Below the pieces are notes generated by a model. It had not been told where the DNA came from. It worked only from the letters and a program-made list of their open reading frames with translations, and ran no database searches. Of a stretch of 64,000 bases of DNA, positions 59,101 through 64,000 are shown one piece after another. The stretch spans positions 10,078,528 to 10,142,527 of the forward strand of contig CAJINV010000002.1 of assembly GCA_905178155.1 (NCBI GenBank), read 5' to 3'. Both the position numbers and the translations under genes were made by a program. Position 1 is the stretch's first letter, and every line of letters begins with the position of its first letter. The stretch comes from Amoebophrya sp. A120 (Eukaryota > Protista > Dinoflagellata).

Positions 59101-61422
59101 GCCCACTTCCTGTCACCAAAATGCGGGATTTGTCATGCGGATTAAGCAATGCGGAAGCTTCTCGAAATCTGTGATGCTAGGGCTTCCATGACAGACATTT
59201 TGTGTCATGCAAAAACAGCATGACGAAAGTCTGCATTTTTCCAGACCCAGACATTTTTACATTTGATAGCCGAGGCGCAGAAGCGAATCGGACGCATCAT
59301 CGACTACTTGCTCCACCTCCGGCCGACGGACATGAGCCGCCGCTATTTCGACGTGTCGATCGTGACGCAATTGCAGGAGTCGCTGGAATATCGTGTGCAA
59401 AAGTATCGTACTCGTAGTGCAATCATGAATTACAAATCTTTCTCTTAAGGTAATTAGCATTTATACAAATTTTATCCCTCATGCTGAGGGAATTTGTCAT
59501 GCATTTATACGAGTACGATACTTTTGCCGTTCATATGGAAAACTGGGAGTTCAACGAGCGGGTGATGCAGATTCTCCTCGAGTCCGACTACATTCGGAAA
59601 CTCTTCGGGCGCAGTCGAGAGAAGGAGTACAGTCAGTGCGTTGGGTATGGATGTGTCAGGATTGAAATCGACAAAGTTGAAATAAACTTGTAATGCATAA
59701 AATGGATGAAAGTTGTGACCCAGTTTCCAAGTGGCGCATGACAAATTTGGGTAGAGCCGAAATCCAGTTTGTCATGCTGTTTGCGTAAGGAGGACGCCAT
59801 TTGTCGTGCTACTTTAGCAGCTCAGTTTCTACCCCTCAACATGCTGGCTTACAAGCTGCCTCACTTGCCTACTCTGCAAGACAGGCACTCTGTGGGCTGC
59901 ATTTTATGCATGGCGTTGTGGTGCTTTCGGTGGGATGGACGTCCGGTGTTGCTTCGACACTCTTGTGTTGTTGCATTTGTGAATGCGAGGGCAGTGGTAG
60001 ACTGAGGTTGCTGGAGTTTTCCGTAAGGACACTCCAAGTTAATTTTTGACTACTTCGCTTCCTTGTGCCTCTGCTTTAGTGCTATTTTTGGCGCTTTGGC
60101 TTATAGGCGTCCCCCTCGCATCTCACCTCCAGGTCTTCGGGGACCCCACTTTTCCAAGGTTCTTGGTTGTGGATGGTTCCTTGAGGGCTTTGTGGCGTCT
60201 GGGTATCCTTTGTTGCATTTTATGCATGACAAACTATTTCAATTTCAACTTTGACGATTTCAATCCTGACACCCCCATATCGGGAGGTTGCTGGCCAACC
60301 CGATGATGTCCATCACGCTGAAGTCCTCGCTCTGTCGGCAAATCGTGAGCAATCCGCCCTTATGGATTGCAAATATGTCTGGGTCTGGAAACTTGTAATG
60401 CTAAAAGTGAATGATAGACGCGCCGCAATACTCAGCTATGCATGACAAATTTTGTGGCTGCCATGTCTTATGTATTCCGCATGGCAAACTGCCTTTTCGC
60501 ATGACATCTAAGAGGGCTCTTTCGTGCCTAGGCGACACAGATTCTCGAGTCATGCCAGACAAGCATGACAAACTTGCATTCTTCCAGACCCAGACACCTT
60601 TGCATTTGATAGCCGTCCCCCGACAACCAGGCGATCTTGGCGCCGGCGTTGGTGGACGTGCTGAAGAACACGACCTCCTACTACGTGCAGACCTGCGTCT
60701 GCGCGGCGTTGGTCGTCATGACGGCGGACAGCGACCAGGCGAAGACGCTGGTCATGGCGTGCGGGATCGCGCCGCTGATCCTCAAGATGGTGACCAGCCG
60801 GGACGACGATTTGGTGTATCACGCCCTCATGCTGGTCGTCAACCTGTCGAAGCACACGCACCACCGCGCGATCTTCGTGCAGTACGGGCTGCTGCCGATC
60901 CTATGCGACATTTTGTCCTCTTCCTACCACACGATCCAGTTCAAGGGGAAGATTTTACTGCAGCTCTGCGCGGTCATCGGCCAGTGCTGCAATGACGAGG
61001 AGTCGCGGAAGATCTTGACCAACAGCCCGCACGAGTTCACGCTGGACTGCCTCATGTTCGTGTTCGACGAGTGCCCGCCGCGGTCCGCGCTGGAGTGCAA
61101 AACGCTGTACTGCATGCGCATGTGCGCCATGAATAGCAACGACAAGAAGTACCGGGTCGGCCAGCACTGCTACCTGAAGTTGCTGGAAGAGCTCCAGGAC
61201 ACGGACGACATGGCGAAGTACCTCGACTTCGTCTACAACGCGTTGGGGTTTCTGCTCGTGATCGCAGAAAAGGTGGAGAACGCCGCGGCGCTGCAATCCA
61301 CAAACATCGTGGACATCTTGCAGCGGATCAAGGACGACTTGTACGACGTGGCTTCGGTTCAGGAGAAGGTGAAGGCGCTAGCGGACCTGATCCGGGCGCA
61401 AACACACCGGGAACAATTTTGA
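56167..61422 (+). CDS. Uncharacterised protein with C-terminal armadillo repeats; 10 exons separated by 9 introners
   Basis: Continuous frame from MATDVAILSALAQ after removing 9 introners. ARM-like AALVVMT...AKTLVMACGIAPLILKMV...LVVNLSK...AIFVQYGLLPIL. Confidence 0.82.
56487..56737. mobile_element. Introner family B2, reverse
   Basis: Direct repeat TTGGT/TTGGT. Reverse-complement homologue of 60361-60611. Confidence 0.92.
57419..57674. mobile_element. Introner family B, reverse
   Basis: Direct repeat ACCTG/ACCTG. Reverse complement of the 18213-type interior. Confidence 0.92.
57955..58277. mobile_element. Introner family E
   Basis: Direct repeat TGGCA/TGGCA. TIR GGAAAAATCCCCCCTCCCCATAT. 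Confidence 0.9.
58345..58611. mobile_element. Introner family C-like, reverse
   Basis: Direct repeat CGAGG/TGAGG. CAGAC-type TIRs. Can be spliced as GT-AG (58344-58615). Confidence 0.9.
58738..58945. mobile_element. Introner, TIR TAT..AAAGAAAAAAGTTYGTCAC
   Basis: Direct repeat TTGTG/TTGTG. Frame restored to GGLCRAFTLY. Confidence 0.88.
59005..59268. mobile_element. Introner family A, forward
   Basis: Direct repeat GCCGA/GCCGA. CAGAC-type TIRs. Confidence 0.92.
59389..59535. mobile_element. Short introner (147 bp), GCAAAAGTATCGTAC family
   Basis: Direct repeat TGGAA/TGGAA. TIR shared with 13411-13563. Confidence 0.88.
59646..60279. mobile_element. Long introner (634 bp), TIR GTGTCAGGATTGAAATCG.CAAAGTTGAAAT
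   Basis: Direct repeat TTGGG/TCGGG. Imperfect inverted repeat of about 60 bp. Frame restored to QCVGRLLANP. Confidence 0.87.
60361..60611. mobile_element. Introner family B2, forward
   Basis: Direct repeat GCCCT/GCCGT. CAGAC-type TIRs. Confidence 0.92.
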
Positions 61423-61874
61423 TGAGGCGGTTAGCGTCAGCTGCACGGCAGTTGCGCATGCGCTGCAGGCGTTGAAGTAGCGTCTGGTCTCCAGTGCTTT
61501 TGGTGCTGCGCCCCTTGTTCTGATGTGATGTGTTGTGCAGCAGTGTCGCGAATTTTGCTTCTCCCCGTCATTGAATTTTGCACGACTTCTGATTCCTTTG
61601 GAACGATGGTAACGTGAGACTAGAACTATCGACAGATTTTGGCGGAAGATTTGAAGAAAGGACTTTGAACAACATCGGAACCGGAGGTCCAGTCAGGCTG
61701 CCGGTGTTGCAGCGAAATGAAAATGTTGTGTCCCCTCTGCGGGATCTTGCGTCTTGATACATAGGACCAATTCAGTGTTTCTTTTCGGTTTTCAATGGTC
61801 GTGATCAACAGTGACCGTGTTCTGCAAGACGACCTGGTTGTCATTTTTCTTTCTACTAGCAGATCGCCATCCTC

Positions 61875-63011
61875 ATGTCAGCCGGATCAAGCACAGGCTC
61901 CTCGTATGGTCGGCGCGTGGTTGCGCTCGGCCAGCGCCCGCGAAGGGGCGGCGGCTTCGCGGACGGGCTTACCGGCGACAACAGCGGGGCGAGTAGCGAA
62001 GTTGTCCTTGATCCCTCCGACGCCGGGATTGAAGCGGCTATCCAGCGGCTGGAGCGCAAGTCGTTCATTCGGGATGGTCTCATTCCGGAGATCCAGTGCC
62101 TGCTCGCAGTTCCGGCGGGGGAGGCGAAGGCGGCGTAGATGGCCGCGCTCGCGCAGTACTCGCTCGTCATGATGCTGATCCTCGCCTCGCTGCTCGGTTC
62201 CGCGCTAAACCCGTTGACGGCCGAAGCGTATCCGGATTGTTCGCAGAATCTCCTCGCGGCGTACAACATGCTGTCGATGATTATCTGCTCAGCGTCGCTG
62301 TTCGGCACCGCCGCGTTGGTACTGGAGAGCATCATCCTCGAGGGTACCCCGGCGCACCGCATCCACAGCATCATCGCAGAGGCCGATAACATTTTCCATT
62401 TTGGGACGAACATGCTGGCCTGCGGGCTCCAGGGAACCGTGCCGCTTATCTTGCTGCGCGCGTGGGTCAGCGGGCTGGATCGAATGCAGTGCATCGTGCT
62501 AACCGCGATCTGTGGGGCTTTCTATTGCCTTCTGTCTCTCGTCTACTTTCGCCATCTCCAGAACCACTGGCCGGTGGTGGCGCAGCGCTGGACGAAGCTG
62601 TTCGCGCCGTTTTTGTACAAGAGGAAGGCAAGTTCTGTTGCGGTGGACGAATTGGTCGCGGAACTGCGGTATCTGCAGCAGCCACGGGACAAAATATTGG
62701 CGCCGGCGCAGCTTGGCGCTTGTCTGGAAAGGTATCTCGCGAGTCTTGGAGAAGGAACTGATTCTCCTGCCGGTAGTGTCGTGGTGGAAGCAAGTAGACG
62801 AGAGGGGGGACCGCTTATTGATGGGGGTAACTATGCTGGCGAGAAAGCGCTGCTGGCAGACCTGTCGGCGTTCCTGCATTTTTTGGAAACAGAAGCAGGT
62901 GGGAGACTCTCACCCATGATGGAAAGACTAGCAAAAAGAACATTTGAGAAAGTCGTGAATGCGACAATCGACAAGCTCGCAGATGAGGCGATTAAGCAAC
63001 AGAAGTTGTAG
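61875..63011 (+). CDS. Multi-pass membrane protein (about 4 TM); N-terminal 87 codons separated by an in-frame TAG at 62136-62138
   Basis: ORF 62139-63011 has hydrophobic helices (YSLVMMLILASLLGSAL; MLSMIICSASLFGTAALVL; CIVLTAICGAFYCLLSLVYF). Upstream ORF 61875-62138 abuts it in the same frame. Confidence 0.65.
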
Positions 63012-63139
63012 TAATGCGTTGAACTGTGGCAATGCTGGCACTGTGTGTGCGGAGAATCCTACTGCAGGAGGTGATTTACACAGCAGCGGTGGCTGAAGGC
63101 CGGCATTGAGCGTGTCATCGTGTCTGTTTGAACAGGATC

Positions 63140-64000
63140 TAGCACGGGTCCGGGGCATATTCTATATCTGGGTCCAAGGCATTGTCTAGTCCGGGTCCGG
63201 ACATTCTCCTCCTCGTGCGTGTCCGGGGCAGATTCTATTGCGGGTCCGGAGCAGATTCTCGTGCGGGTCCGGGGCAGACTCTAGTATGGGTCCGGGGCAG
63301 ATTCTCTTGCGGGTCCGGGGCAGATTCTAGTATGGGTCCGGGGCAGATTCTCTTGCGGGTCCGGAGCAGATTCTCGTGCGGGTCCGGGGCAGATTTTCTT
63401 GCGGGTCCGGGGCAGATTCGAGCACGGGTCGGGGGCAGATTCTAGAACGGGTCCGGGGCAGATTCTAGTATGGGTCCGGGGCAGATTCTAAGACGGGTCC
63501 GGGGCAGATTCGAGCACGGGTCCGGGGGAGATTCCCGTGCGGGTCCGGGGCAGATTCTAGTGCGGGTCCAAGGCAGATTCTACCACGGGTCCGGGGCAGA
63601 TTCTCTTGCTGGTCCGGGGCAGATTCAAGCACGGGTCCGGGGCAGATTGTAGTGCGGGTCCGGGGTAGATTCTAGTGCGGGTTCGGGGCAGATTCTAGTG
63701 CGGGTCCGGGGCATTTGTAGAACGGGTCCGGGGGAATTTCTAGTATGGGTCCGGGGCAGATTCTCTTGCGGGTCCGGGGCAGATTCTCTTGCGGGTCCGG
63801 GGCAGATTCTAGCACGGGTCCGGGGCAGATTCTAGTGCGGGTCTATGGTCCGGGGCAGATTCTAGTGCGGGTCCGGGGCAGATTCTAGAACGGGTCCGGG
63901 GCAGATTCTAGAACGGGTCCGGGGCAGATTCTAGTATGGGTCCGGGGCAGATTCTCTTGCGGGTCCGGGGCAGATTCTCTTGCGGGTCCGGGGCAGATTC
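63140..64000. repeat. 23-bp G-rich minisatellite, about 37 copies, runs off the window end
   Basis: Unit GGGTCCGGGGCAGATTC + variable hexamer (TAGTAT/TCTTGC/TAGTGC/TAGAAC/GAGCAC). Starts at 63242 and 63265 are 23 bp apart. Confidence 0.95.

Noticed and set aside
3493-60995. Recurrent short ORFs reading SNVKMSGSGR / IKCKNVWVWK / LPDPDIFTFD / FQTQTFLHLI
   Set aside because: These are translations of the introner TIR in different frames, not a peptide family.
1343-63011. Genome-wide stop-codon reassignment
   Set aside because: TAA, TAG and TGA all end genes at plausible C-termini, and long ORFs lack internal stops apart from one case.
63140-64000. CRISPR-like array; also resemblance of GGGTCCGG..AGATT to the TIR GGGTCTGGAAGATT
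   Set aside because: The variable parts are 6 nt and recur, there are no cas genes, and the context is eukaryotic. The TIR similarity is too short to support.

Overview
Eukaryotic genomic DNA, most consistent with the parasitic syndinian dinoflagellate Amoebophrya. This is inferred from co-oriented genes, alveolate-type genes and inverted-repeat introns. About 13 protein genes plus a partial last exon all lie on the + strand: a CDPK, a secreted trypsin-like protease, a WW/B-box protein, a GT4 glycosyltransferase, a carotenoid oxygenase, importin-beta, a cold-shock protein, two tandem giant paralogues with an RNase H fold, a kinesin-ARM protein, an alpha-kinase/ParB-like gene, an ARM protein and a membrane protein. 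A 23-bp G-rich minisatellite ends the window. The dominant feature is 32 non-autonomous 147-634 bp elements with one grammar: 5-bp direct repeat | TAT-inverted repeat ... inverted repeat-ATA | 5-bp direct repeat. All 31 complete copies sit inside coding sequence, families occur in both orientations, and most offer no in-register GT-AG ends. Removing the element plus one repeat copy restores the reading frame in every complete case I traced (non-canonical introners). Other highlights are a probable secreted RNase H effector pair, a possible 5-bp excision footprint frameshifting the alpha-kinase gene, and a lone in-frame TAG. All coordinates were read by eye, so exon boundaries need RNA-seq confirmation.
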